In this document: positions 20,143 through 29,055 of the stretch, one piece after another
Layout: each line of letters opens with the position of its first letter
Position numbering within the stretch: the stretch's first letter is position 1
Assembly: GCA_964582365.1 (NCBI GenBank)
Contig: CAZOQV010000001.1
Location: forward strand, 12,712-76,711
Length of the DNA stretch: 64,000 nt
Direction: 5' to 3'
Origin: an uncultured Gammaproteobacteria bacterium
GTDB lineage: Bacteria > Patescibacteriota > Microgenomatia > UBA12405
Translations under genes and position numbers: made by a program
Notes under the pieces: model-generated
What the model was told of the DNA's origin: nothing
The model's input: only the letters and a program-made list of their open reading frames with translations
The model's database searches: none

Positions 20143-20721
20143 ATGGTCACTAAAAAAGAGCTGTCCCTTTTACCTGAATCTGAAAATCCAAGATCTTTTG
20201 GGGCTCGTTTTTTTAAGTGGTTAACCACTACCGGCAGAGTTGTAATTATTATAACTGAGTTTATTGTTATTTCCGTTTTTATTTCTCGTTTTTGGCTAGA
20301 TCGTAAAAACTCAGATTTATCTGAGGTTGTTCGTCAAAAACAAGCAATTTTAGAAAGCACTACTCCTTTTATCACTGAGTTTGTTGGACTTCAAAAAAGA
20401 TTATCTTTTATAAAAGATTTTTATTCGAATCAGCCAAATTATAATCAGCAAATTAATTCTTTGGTTTCCAGTACTCCATCTGATCTTTTTTATAATAAGA
20501 TTTCCGTTTTTACCGACGAAAAAACTAAAACAACAGTTATTACTACTTCTTTATCGGCCTACAAAGAAGAAAGCATTGTTTTGTTTATAACCAATCTAAT
20601 GTTGAACCCAGACATTGATCAAGTAAATATAAGTAAAATTGAAAAGAAAGAAAAAGAAAATCAATATTCCATTTCTCTCACTTTAAACTTTAAGAAAGCT
20701 CCAGCAGCTAATAAAATATGA
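20143..20721 (+). CDS. PilN-like type IV pilus alignment protein
   Basis: N-terminal 'LSLLP' (INLLP-like), single TM, coiled coil, ferredoxin-like C-terminus; followed by a PilO-like gene. Confidence 0.55.
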   Translation: MVTKKELSLLPESENPRSFGARFFKWLTTTGRVVIIITEFIVISVFISRFWLDRKNSDLSEVVRQKQAILESTTPFITEFVGLQKRLSFIKDFYSNQPNYNQQINSLVSSTPSDLFYNKISVFTDEKTKTTVITTSLSAYKEESIVLFITNLMLNPDIDQVNISKIEKKEKENQYSISLTLNFKKAPAANKI

Positions 20722-21344
20722 TCAATACTAAAAATTGGTTTCAACTCAGACCTATGTATAGCTATATTCGAAAGCAGGCTGAAAACCAAAAATTTTTAAA
20801 ATATCTCGAGGTCGGTGGTACTTTTACTTTAATAGCTATTTTTTTATTTTTTGCCATTTTGCCCACCATGACCACCGTCTTTTCTCTTTTAGGTGATATA
20901 AAATCAAAAGAAATATATATTAAAAAAGTTAACGCCAAAATTAGTACTATTATTAAAGCTCAAAGCACATATGCCCAAGTTCAGGAAAATTTTTCATTAG
21001 TAGAAGATAGTTTTCCTTCGCAACCTCGATATCATAATGGAGCTTCTAACCTAGCTACTCTTTTTAGAGATTCGTTTTTAGATATAAATCAAATAAATTT
21101 TAGTTTAAACGATAAGTCTCGTGAGAGTAAGGATAATAGTTTTGGTTCTTATCAAGTCAACATAAGTGGCGAAGGACAGTATTCTGATATTCTAAATATA
21201 ACCAAAAACATGCTTAATAATCGTCGTCTAATTAATGCTTCTAATATTCAAATAAATCAATTAGAAGCTGACAAAAATAAAACAGGGTCAAATAAAGTTA
21301 AAATTAATATTTCTAATGATTTATATTATCTACTTGACGACTAA
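20718..21344 (+). CDS. PilO-like type IV pilus alignment protein
   Basis: TM ending FAILP, coiled coil, 'ISGEGQYSDI..RRLI' PilO-type motif; ATGA overlap with the upstream gene. Confidence 0.6.
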   Translation: MINTKNWFQLRPMYSYIRKQAENQKFLKYLEVGGTFTLIAIFLFFAILPTMTTVFSLLGDIKSKEIYIKKVNAKISTIIKAQSTYAQVQENFSLVEDSFPSQPRYHNGASNLATLFRDSFLDINQINFSLNDKSRESKDNSFGSYQVNISGEGQYSDILNITKNMLNNRRLINASNIQINQLEADKNKTGSNKVKINISNDLYYLLDD

Positions 21345-21655
21345 TGGAAAAAAATAAAATATCTTCCTACTTCATATTTATCTCTTTTTTTACTTTTTTG
21401 ACTGTATTTCTTTCTATAATTCAAAAAAGCTATTTTAGTTTTACTACTCCTCAAAAGTCAGTCGAAAATAATGCTCTTTTAGATAATTTTAATCCAGCTT
21501 TAGATTTAACTATTATTTCCACCATTGAATCTAAAAATAAAAATACTGACGAATTTTTCGATTTTTCAATTATAAAATCAAATCAGTCTGTTACTCCTAC
21601 TCCGGCTACTGAGACGTTAATTGCAACTTCGTCTGGTGAGGAGGTTACCCCTTGA
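21344..21655 (+). CDS. Small single-TM protein in the pilP position
   Basis: TAATG coupling to the pilO-like gene; N-terminal TM, T/P-rich tail. Confidence 0.6.
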   Translation: MEKNKISSYFIFISFFTFLTVFLSIIQKSYFSFTTPQKSVENNALLDNFNPALDLTIISTIESKNKNTDEFFDFSIIKSNQSVTPTPATETLIATSSGEEVTP

Positions 21656-23010
21656 TGTTTAAAGAAAAAAAATTTCCTACTATTCTTGGTCTTTTGCTTC
21701 TTTTTGGAGGAGTTGTTGCTGGGGTTTTTTTAACCAATCAACGAACCGGTTTTGTTTCCAAAGCCAATAGTAGTTGTCAACCTAAAAACCCTCAAATAAC
21801 CAATACTACCAACAATTCTGCTTCTATTTCTTTTGTGACCGAATCGTCTTGTTTTTCCTCTCTTCTTATTAATAATCAGACAATCGAAAACAAAGCTGCT
21901 GTTAGTGTTGATCAAAAAAGCAAAATTCATTATTTTGATGTTAATAATTTAACTCCTGCTGCTAATTATATTTTTTCTTTTATTATCGATGGGAAAAAAT
22001 ACGAAGAACCTTCATATGAATTTAAAACAGCTGATAATCCCAGTGGTTCAATTCCGTCTTCAAATTTAGCTTGGGGTCGAGTTTTTACTCCAGAACCAGA
22101 GTTAAAAGCTGCCCATAAAGTTATTGTTTTTCTTACCATTCCTGGATCAACACCTTTATCTGCTCTTGTTACTTCTTCTGGCAATTGGAACATTTCTTTA
22201 GCCAACAGTTTTAACGAGTCGAAGACTGGCAGATTTACTGCAACTAAAAATATCAGTGAAGAAATTATTGTAATTGATCAAAATAATCAAGCCACTCAGA
22301 TTACAGGTAATACTTCGAATAATAATCCAGTTCCAGACATTATCTTAGGTCAAAATCAATTTTCCGCCGCCGCTATTATTTATGACACGGAAACTGATAC
22401 TGGTTCTTTATCTTCTGTTACTCCAGCTTTAGAATCAAAAGAGCTAGATATTTTAAACCCAAAAGAAAATGAAGCTATTTCTACTCAGAAACCAGATTTC
22501 TTTGGAACTAGTCCTGGTAACTCTATTATTAAAATAGAAATTCATTCTCCGACAACTTATAGCGGGGAAGTTGTTTCTAATAGCGATGGTTCTTGGAATT
22601 GGTCTCCACCTTCAAATCTAGAACCAGGAGAACACACCATCACTGCCACCACTATTATTAATGGAGTTGAAAAAATAATAACCAGAAAATTTACTGTTCT
22701 TGCTACTGACAGTGGTCTTGCTTACACCGCTTCTTCTTCAGCTACTACTCCTACCCCTACCCCTACTGTTACTTCCATTCCTACTATTGCTCCTACCCCT
22801 ACTACTATGGAAATTTCTACCCCCACTGCCACTATAATTCCAACTTCAACTCCCGATGAAATTCCCACTTCTTCTCCCACTGTTATGGTTAGTACTCCTA
22901 GCACTAGCTCTGGTATTCCCAAAACTGGTAATCTATTTTCCACAATTCTATTACTTTTAGTCTCATCATCTTTTATTGCTTTTTCTTTTTTCTCTTTTAA
23001 GAAAAAATAA
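21655..23010 (+). CDS. Surface protein with Fn3/Ig-like domains, Pro/Thr-rich stalk and LPXTG-like sorting signal
   Basis: N-terminal TM; Ig motif DGSWNW..L.PGEHTITAT; PTPT-rich linker; IPKTG + hydrophobic helix + KKK. Confidence 0.8.
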   Translation: MFKEKKFPTILGLLLLFGGVVAGVFLTNQRTGFVSKANSSCQPKNPQITNTTNNSASISFVTESSCFSSLLINNQTIENKAAVSVDQKSKIHYFDVNNLTPAANYIFSFIIDGKKYEEPSYEFKTADNPSGSIPSSNLAWGRVFTPEPELKAAHKVIVFLTIPGSTPLSALVTSSGNWNISLANSFNESKTGRFTATKNISEEIIVIDQNNQATQITGNTSNNNPVPDIILGQNQFSAAAIIYDTETDTGSLSSVTPALESKELDILNPKENEAISTQKPDFFGTSPGNSIIKIEIHSPTTYSGEVVSNSDGSWNWSPPSNLEPGEHTITATTIINGVEKIITRKFTVLATDSGLAYTASSSATTPTPTPTVTSIPTIAPTPTTMEISTPTATIIPTSTPDEIPTSSPTVMVSTPSTSSGIPKTGNLFSTILLLLVSSSFIAFSFFSFKKK

Positions 23011-23054
23011 TATTTTATTTTCAGTCGACTGTTTTTAATGGTATCATTATTCAA

Positions 23055-23984
23055 ATGTCAGGAATATTTTTTTTTAACGCTGTATCAAGAGAAATTCGTG
23101 TTTCTCAATGGATAAAAAATTTAAGTATTTTTTCGGCTATCATCTTAAATGGTCAACTTCTTAATCCTCTACTTTTTTGGAAGACTTTTTTTGCCTTTAT
23201 TGCTTTTTGTTTATTGTCCTCTTCTTCTTATATCGTCAATGATCTTTTTGATGTTAAAAAAGATCGACTACACCCTGTCAAAAAAAACCGTCCCATTGCT
23301 CATGGTGATATCTCGGAAGCAACCGGAATTTTTTTGGCTTTCCTTCTTCTTTTTTTAGGGCTAGGAATAACTATCTTTATTAGTTATGGGTTTTTTATCC
23401 TTTCTCTTGTTTTTGTTTTACTTCAATATTCCTATTCTCTGTTTTTAAAAAAGAAGGCCATTATCGACATCATGGGAATTGCTTTGTTTTTTATAATTCG
23501 TGCTTATGCCGGTGAAGTCGTTACTGGTTATCATCTTCCCATTTGGATCATGCTAACTGTTATCTTTTTATCTTTATTTATCGCTAGTGGAAAACGTCGT
23601 AGCGAATTGGTAAATATTGGTACTAAAACTCGTTCGGCTTTGGCTGGTTACGGTAAAAGTTTATTAAATTTTTATACCACCATGTTTGCTGTTTGTACTT
23701 TAATAACCTACGCCATGTTTACTTTTTTGGAAGAATCAATCAGTTTCACTGGTTCTGGTATTTTACATAATTTTCTCTTGGAAAATTTTCCTAACGCTTT
23801 AAATCGTAAATGGTACATGGTCACCCTTTTACCGGTAATTTTTGGCATTATGCGCTATGGTCAAATAATTTTTGAAATGCAAGAAGGTGAGAGACCAGAA
23901 AGAATAGTTGCTCGTGATATGCCAATTTTATTTTCAGTTCTAATTTGGGGATTGATGATAATTGGTATTATCTATGTACTCTAA
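23055..23984 (+). CDS. UbiA-family polyprenyl-phosphate phosphoribosyltransferase (DPPR synthase-like)
   Basis: RxxQWIKN, YIVNDLFD..DRLHPVKKNRPIAHG, YS..LK, KRRSE, RY signature of the Rv3806c subfamily. Confidence 0.85.
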   Translation: MSGIFFFNAVSREIRVSQWIKNLSIFSAIILNGQLLNPLLFWKTFFAFIAFCLLSSSSYIVNDLFDVKKDRLHPVKKNRPIAHGDISEATGIFLAFLLLFLGLGITIFISYGFFILSLVFVLLQYSYSLFLKKKAIIDIMGIALFFIIRAYAGEVVTGYHLPIWIMLTVIFLSLFIASGKRRSELVNIGTKTRSALAGYGKSLLNFYTTMFAVCTLITYAMFTFLEESISFTGSGILHNFLLENFPNALNRKWYMVTLLPVIFGIMRYGQIIFEMQEGERPERIVARDMPILFSVLIWGLMIIGIIYVL

Positions 23985-25566
23985 TAAAATAAAAAAATTT
24001 CTAATTCCATTTTTTTTGATATTTCTGATTATTTTTACTCGCTTTTCTTTTCTCAATTGGGGTAACGGTTTTTTCTTTAATCCAGATGAAAATAATATGG
24101 CCAATGCTGTATTAAAAATGACTCCATCAGATCTTAATCCAAAATTTTTTGCCTATGGTCAATTCCCGCTTTTTTTAACTTTTTTTACCACTCCTCTTCA
24201 TAAATTTTCCACCATTATTTTAACTCTTCGTTTTTGGTCAGCCACTTTTTCTTCCCTGTCAATTTTATTTTTTTATCTTATTGCCAATCATATTTTTAAA
24301 TCTAAAAAATTAAACTACATTTTTACCTTATTATTAATTTTTACTCCGGGATTAATTCAATCTGCTCATTTTGGCACCACTGAATCGCTTTTAATTTTTG
24401 TTTTTTCTGTCAATATTTTTTTGTCTTTAAAATATTATCAAGATCAAAAAAAACTATATTTTCTATTTTCAATTTTAATCAGTGCTATCGGTCTTGGCTC
24501 TAAGATAACAGCTATATTCTTCATTTTACCTATCTATTTTTGTTTCTTTTTGATTTTTTTAAAAGATAAAAAAATTTTAAATTTTATTTTCACTGTTTTT
24601 ATTTTCACTCTTCTAGTTTCACTTCTCTCACTCCTTTTTTCTCCATTTAACATCATAAAATTTTCAGATTTTAAATCATCAATGGTTTACGAAACATCAG
24701 TGGCTACTGGTAAAACTCTAGTTTTTTACACTCGTCAATTTGAAAACTCATTACCTTACCTTTTTCAAATTAAAAAAGTTTTTCCATATGCTAACGGTAT
24801 TTTTATCTTCATTTTTTCTTTTATAGGATTTTATTTATTTCTTAAATCATATTTCTTAAACTTGCCCCGCAACTGCTGGGGTCATAAATCAAATTTACTT
24901 TTAGTATTAATTCCTTCAATAATATATTTTGCTTATTCTGGTCAACTTTTTATTAAATGGTCTCGTTTTGTCTCACCTCTTTTTTTTATTGCTCCGTTTT
25001 TTTGTCTTTTTATTTTTCAAAAAATTAAAAACAAATTTTTAACTTTAATTTTATTAATAATTATGATTACTCCTGGAGTTTATTTTTTCTCAAAATATTT
25101 TTCACCAGACATCAGAATTAATGCTTCTAATTGGATTAATTCAAATATCCCAGCAGATTCTTTTGTTTTATCTGAAGGCGGAAATGTTGTGGATATTCCT
25201 CTTTCAAATAACAAACTTCATATTAGTAATTTTGATTTTTATCAATTGGATTCAAATAATAGTTTTTTTAATAAATTGACCAATGATTTAACTTCGGCTG
25301 ATTATATTTTTATTCCTTCTCGCCGGGTTTTTAAAAATCAAAATAATAAAAATTATCCAATATCACAAAAATATTATCAAAATTTATTTTCAGAAAATAT
25401 CGGTTTTAAGGAAATAAAAATTATTAATAATCAAAAAGATTTATTTTTAAATTCTGAAAATGCTGAAGAAACTTGGTCTGTTTTTGATTCCCCCACTATT
25501 AGAATTTACAAAAAAGTTATCAATTTGTCTCCAGATGATTACCAAGAATTGTTTAAAAATAATTAA
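23974..25566 (+). CDS. GT-C glycosyltransferase (ArnT/PMT_2-like)
   Basis: NPDE acidic loop after TM1, NPKFFAYG, multiple TMs, C-terminal soluble domain with AEETWSVFD. Confidence 0.85.
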   Translation: MYSNKIKKFLIPFFLIFLIIFTRFSFLNWGNGFFFNPDENNMANAVLKMTPSDLNPKFFAYGQFPLFLTFFTTPLHKFSTIILTLRFWSATFSSLSILFFYLIANHIFKSKKLNYIFTLLLIFTPGLIQSAHFGTTESLLIFVFSVNIFLSLKYYQDQKKLYFLFSILISAIGLGSKITAIFFILPIYFCFFLIFLKDKKILNFIFTVFIFTLLVSLLSLLFSPFNIIKFSDFKSSMVYETSVATGKTLVFYTRQFENSLPYLFQIKKVFPYANGIFIFIFSFIGFYLFLKSYFLNLPRNCWGHKSNLLLVLIPSIIYFAYSGQLFIKWSRFVSPLFFIAPFFCLFIFQKIKNKFLTLILLIIMITPGVYFFSKYFSPDIRINASNWINSNIPADSFVLSEGGNVVDIPLSNNKLHISNFDFYQLDSNNSFFNKLTNDLTSADYIFIPSRRVFKNQNNKNYPISQKYYQNLFSENIGFKEIKIINNQKDLFLNSENAEETWSVFDSPTIRIYKKVINLSPDDYQELFKNN

Positions 25567-27334
25567 AAAAAGAAAAAATATTTTTTTATTAATATTAATT
25601 TTTTTGATATCTTTTTCTTTTAGAATCATCGGACTAAATTGGGATCAAGGTAACCATCTCCATCCAGACGAAAGGATGATTACTATGGTGGCAGAAAAAA
25701 TTGCTTTTCCCACTATCGACCCCAAATTAACTTTAAGCGAAAAAGTTGGAATTTTGTTTGATTCCAAGTCTTCTCTTAATCCAAAATTTTTTGCCTACGG
25801 ATCTTTTCCGATCTATTTACTAAAAGGAGTTTCTTATCTGCTTTCTTTTGTAGACCCGTCATTAGTCACTTACGGAAAAATGAATTTAGTCGGTCGTTTT
25901 TTATCAGCTATTTTTGATTCTTTAACAGTCATATTAATTTTTAAAATAACCTTACAAATTTTTAACTCAAATAAAAAGGCCCTATTTGCGGCTTTATTTT
26001 ATTCTTTATCAATATTACCAATACAACTTTCTCACTTTTACGCTGTCGATACTCTCTTAACTTTTTTTATTTTTTTTACTCTATATCACGCGATCTGTCT
26101 TTATCAAAAATTTAATTTTAGAAATGCTCTTTTTGTTGGAATTGGTTTTGGTCTTTCCTTGGCCACTAAAATAAGTGCCACTGTTTTAGTTTTTTCTCTA
26201 GGTATTGGTTTAATTGTTAGTATTTTTCTTTCACTTAAAAAAGAAATTTTTGGAGAAAATATCAGTTTTCTAAAGAAAATTAGAAAATATTTAGGAAAAA
26301 TATTTAGTCTTAAGTTTTGGAGTTTTAGAAAACAACATCAATTAAAAGACATATTTCTTTATTTTTTATTAATAATGTTTGTTACGGAAATAGTTTTTAT
26401 TGCTTTTCAGCCATTTGCCCTTTTTGATTTTAATGAATTTTGGAAACAACTTAATCAGCAAAAAGCCATGACAAAAAACGCTTTTATTTTTCCTTACACT
26501 CTTCAATATGTCAATACAATTCCCTATCTCTATCAACTAAAAAATATATTTTTATGGGGGTTAGGGCCAGTCTTTGGGATTTTTGCTTTGTTCGGCGGAA
26601 TTTACACTTTTTTAAAATTAATTAAAGGCTTATTTACTCCGGGTAATGAAAAATCTGAAGGTTCTCAATTAATCATTTTTTCCTTTTTTATTATTTATTT
26701 TTTAATTATTGGACGATTTGCTGTAAAGTTTAATCGTTATTGTTTACCACTTTATCCAATTTTTGCCATTTTTGCCTCCAACTTTATTTTTTCTCTTAAA
26801 AAGAAAAAATTAATTATTGTTTTTTCATTGTTTCATTTTTTGTGGTTATTTGCTTTTATGAATATTTACAAAGTTCCAAATACTCGTGTCTCTGCCACTG
26901 AATGGATTAAACAAAATGTTCCTGCGGGCAGTACTATTCTAAGAGAACATTGGGATGACGGTCTTCCTTTGGGTTATCATAATAATTTAAATTTAATCGA
27001 ATTGCAGTTATATGATTCGGATAATAATCCCCAAAAATGGCCTTCGATTAAAAATTATTTAAATAAAGGCGACTATTTAATTATCGCCAGTAACCGACTT
27101 TATACTCCTCTCCAAAAACTAACCGATTGTAAAAATTTACCTAAAGATAAGTGTTATGTCACCACTGCCAATTATTATAAAGATTTATTTTCAGACAAAT
27201 TAGGTTATTCTAAAGTAGCCGAATTTTCTAGTTATCCAAACATTTTTGGTTTAAATATCAACGATCAATCAGCTGACGAATCATTCACTGTTTATGATCA
27301 TCCCAAAGTGATAATATTTAAAAATATTAATTAA
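25535..27334 (+). CDS. GT-C glycosyltransferase (ArnT/PMT_2-like), paralog of the upstream gene
   Basis: HPDER, NPKFFAYG, SHFYAVD, EHWDD, ADESFTVYDHP. Start uncertain; ATG 25535 chosen over 25460. Confidence 0.85.
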   Translation: MITKNCLKIIKKRKNIFLLILIFLISFSFRIIGLNWDQGNHLHPDERMITMVAEKIAFPTIDPKLTLSEKVGILFDSKSSLNPKFFAYGSFPIYLLKGVSYLLSFVDPSLVTYGKMNLVGRFLSAIFDSLTVILIFKITLQIFNSNKKALFAALFYSLSILPIQLSHFYAVDTLLTFFIFFTLYHAICLYQKFNFRNALFVGIGFGLSLATKISATVLVFSLGIGLIVSIFLSLKKEIFGENISFLKKIRKYLGKIFSLKFWSFRKQHQLKDIFLYFLLIMFVTEIVFIAFQPFALFDFNEFWKQLNQQKAMTKNAFIFPYTLQYVNTIPYLYQLKNIFLWGLGPVFGIFALFGGIYTFLKLIKGLFTPGNEKSEGSQLIIFSFFIIYFLIIGRFAVKFNRYCLPLYPIFAIFASNFIFSLKKKKLIIVFSLFHFLWLFAFMNIYKVPNTRVSATEWIKQNVPAGSTILREHWDDGLPLGYHNNLNLIELQLYDSDNNPQKWPSIKNYLNKGDYLIIASNRLYTPLQKLTDCKNLPKDKCYVTTANYYKDLFSDKLGYSKVAEFSSYPNIFGLNINDQSADESFTVYDHPKVIIFKNIN

Positions 27335-27346
27335 AATAATTAAAAA

Positions 27347-28387
27347 ATGAAACAAACTATATTTATAACCGGAGGATCGGGATTTTTAGGCATAAATATG
27401 GTTAGGTTTTTGTTAGAAAAAAAGAAAAATATTATAAATTACGATATTGCTGATTTTAATTATCCAGAGAAATCCAAAATTAAAAGCTATCTTGCCGATA
27501 TCAGAGATAAAGAGAAACTGACAAAGGCCATGAAAGGGGCGGATATTGTTTTACACTTTGCCGCTGCTTTACCGCTTTATTCTAAAGAGGATATTTTTTC
27601 CACCGAAATAGATGGCACTAGAAACGTTTTACAATCGGCATTTGAAAATGGAATTAAAAAAGTTATTTATATTTCTTCGACGGCAGTTTATGGTATTCCA
27701 GATCATCACCCTATAGTTGAAACAGATAAATTAATTGGTGTTGGTCCCTACGGTGAATCTAAAATTAAGGCTGAAGAAATTTGTCGCCAATTTCGCAAAG
27801 AAGGGATGTGTATTCCTATTCTTAGACCAAAATCATTTATAGGGCCAGAACGATTAGGTGTTTTTTCTTTATTTTATAATTGGGCCAAAGATGGTAAAAA
27901 TTTTCCCTTAATTGGTAACGGTCGCAATCGTTATCAATTATTAGCAGTAATCGATTTGTGTCAAGCCGTTTGGGCGGTTATGAACGGCGAGGATAACAAA
28001 GTTAATGATGTTTTTAATATTGGTGCCAAAGAATTTAAAACCATGAAAGATGATTATCAATCAGTCCTTGATTATGCTGGTTTTGGTAAAAAAATTATCT
28101 GCTTTCCGGCCAAACCAGTTATTTTTACGCTTAAAGTATTAGAAGCACTTCATCTTTCTCCTTTTTATGCCTGGATTTATGAAACAGCCGCCAAAGATTC
28201 TTTTGTTTCTATCAAAAAAGCCGAAAAAATACTGAAATTTAACCCAAGATACTCCAATCAAGATGCCTTATTGGAAAATTACAAATGGTACTTGAAAAAT
28301 TTAGATCAATTTCAAAATACCACCGGTATTTCTCATCGTGTCCCCTGGAGCCAGGGCATTTTTAAAATAGTTAAAAATTTTTTCTAA
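27347..28387 (+). CDS. NAD-dependent epimerase/dehydratase (extended SDR)
   Basis: TGGSGFLG, HFAA, SSTAVYG, YGESK. Confidence 0.9.
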   Translation: MKQTIFITGGSGFLGINMVRFLLEKKKNIINYDIADFNYPEKSKIKSYLADIRDKEKLTKAMKGADIVLHFAAALPLYSKEDIFSTEIDGTRNVLQSAFENGIKKVIYISSTAVYGIPDHHPIVETDKLIGVGPYGESKIKAEEICRQFRKEGMCIPILRPKSFIGPERLGVFSLFYNWAKDGKNFPLIGNGRNRYQLLAVIDLCQAVWAVMNGEDNKVNDVFNIGAKEFKTMKDDYQSVLDYAGFGKKIICFPAKPVIFTLKVLEALHLSPFYAWIYETAAKDSFVSIKKAEKILKFNPRYSNQDALLENYKWYLKNLDQFQNTTGISHRVPWSQGIFKIVKNFF

Positions 28388-28432
28388 AAATATTATTGAT
28401 ATAATTCAAGTCATAACCATACATATAAATAT

Positions 28433-29017
28433 ATGACTTTAGCTGTATTGAAAAAAAATTTTTTATTTTGGCAACCAAAAACAGATTGGTTTAAAAAAAT
28501 ATCAAAATACAAATATGGTAATTGTTTTTTAGTTTTTATAAATTACATTATTTGGATTTTTTTGTTTTTTGTTTCCTTTCTTTTAATTAAAGAACAAACA
28601 AACATTTTTTGGCAGTTATTTACCGCTACTTTTATCAGTGAAATAGTTGAAAAATTTTTAAAAGTTCAACCACTTTGGAGAAGACCACTTCATTTAGGTA
28701 ATAATACTTTGCCAAATGGACTATTAAAATCTTGGTATAAAAAAGGAAGTTTTCCCTCCGGCCATGCCATAAAAGCCACTTTCTTTTTACTTTTTGTCTT
28801 GCAATATTCTGGTATTATCAATCCTTTTATTTTTACAATTATTATTGTAGCTCTAGTTTTAATTCGTATTTTCCTTGGTCTTCACTATCCAATTGATGTT
28901 CTTGGAGGAATTCTCATTGGCATTCTCATTTGGATACCAGTTCATTTTTTAACTTTCCCTATTTTTTTAACCGAAATAATTAAGACCATTTTTAATTTTG
29001 TTTTCTGTATTACTTGA
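28433..29017 (+). CDS. PAP2-family membrane phosphatase
   Basis: KxxxxxxRP, SFPSGH, RIFLGLHYPIDV. Confidence 0.9.
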   Translation: MTLAVLKKNFLFWQPKTDWFKKISKYKYGNCFLVFINYIIWIFLFFVSFLLIKEQTNIFWQLFTATFISEIVEKFLKVQPLWRRPLHLGNNTLPNGLLKSWYKKGSFPSGHAIKATFFLLFVLQYSGIINPFIFTIIIVALVLIRIFLGLHYPIDVLGGILIGILIWIPVHFLTFPIFLTEIIKTIFNFVFCIT

Positions 29018-29055
29018 AAAAACTTTATAACTTGATGAACTTGATAAACTAAACT

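Noticed and set aside
22730-22910. cctact-type repeats and the antisense ORF 22722-23054
   Set aside because: Explained by the Pro/Thr stalk of the plus-strand gene; the antisense ORF is its shadow.
25460-25566. 107-nt overlap of the two GT-C genes as a frameshifted fusion
   Set aside because: Each ORF is a complete paralog with its own PDE loop and C-terminal domain; a later ATG (25535) reduces the overlap to 32 nt.
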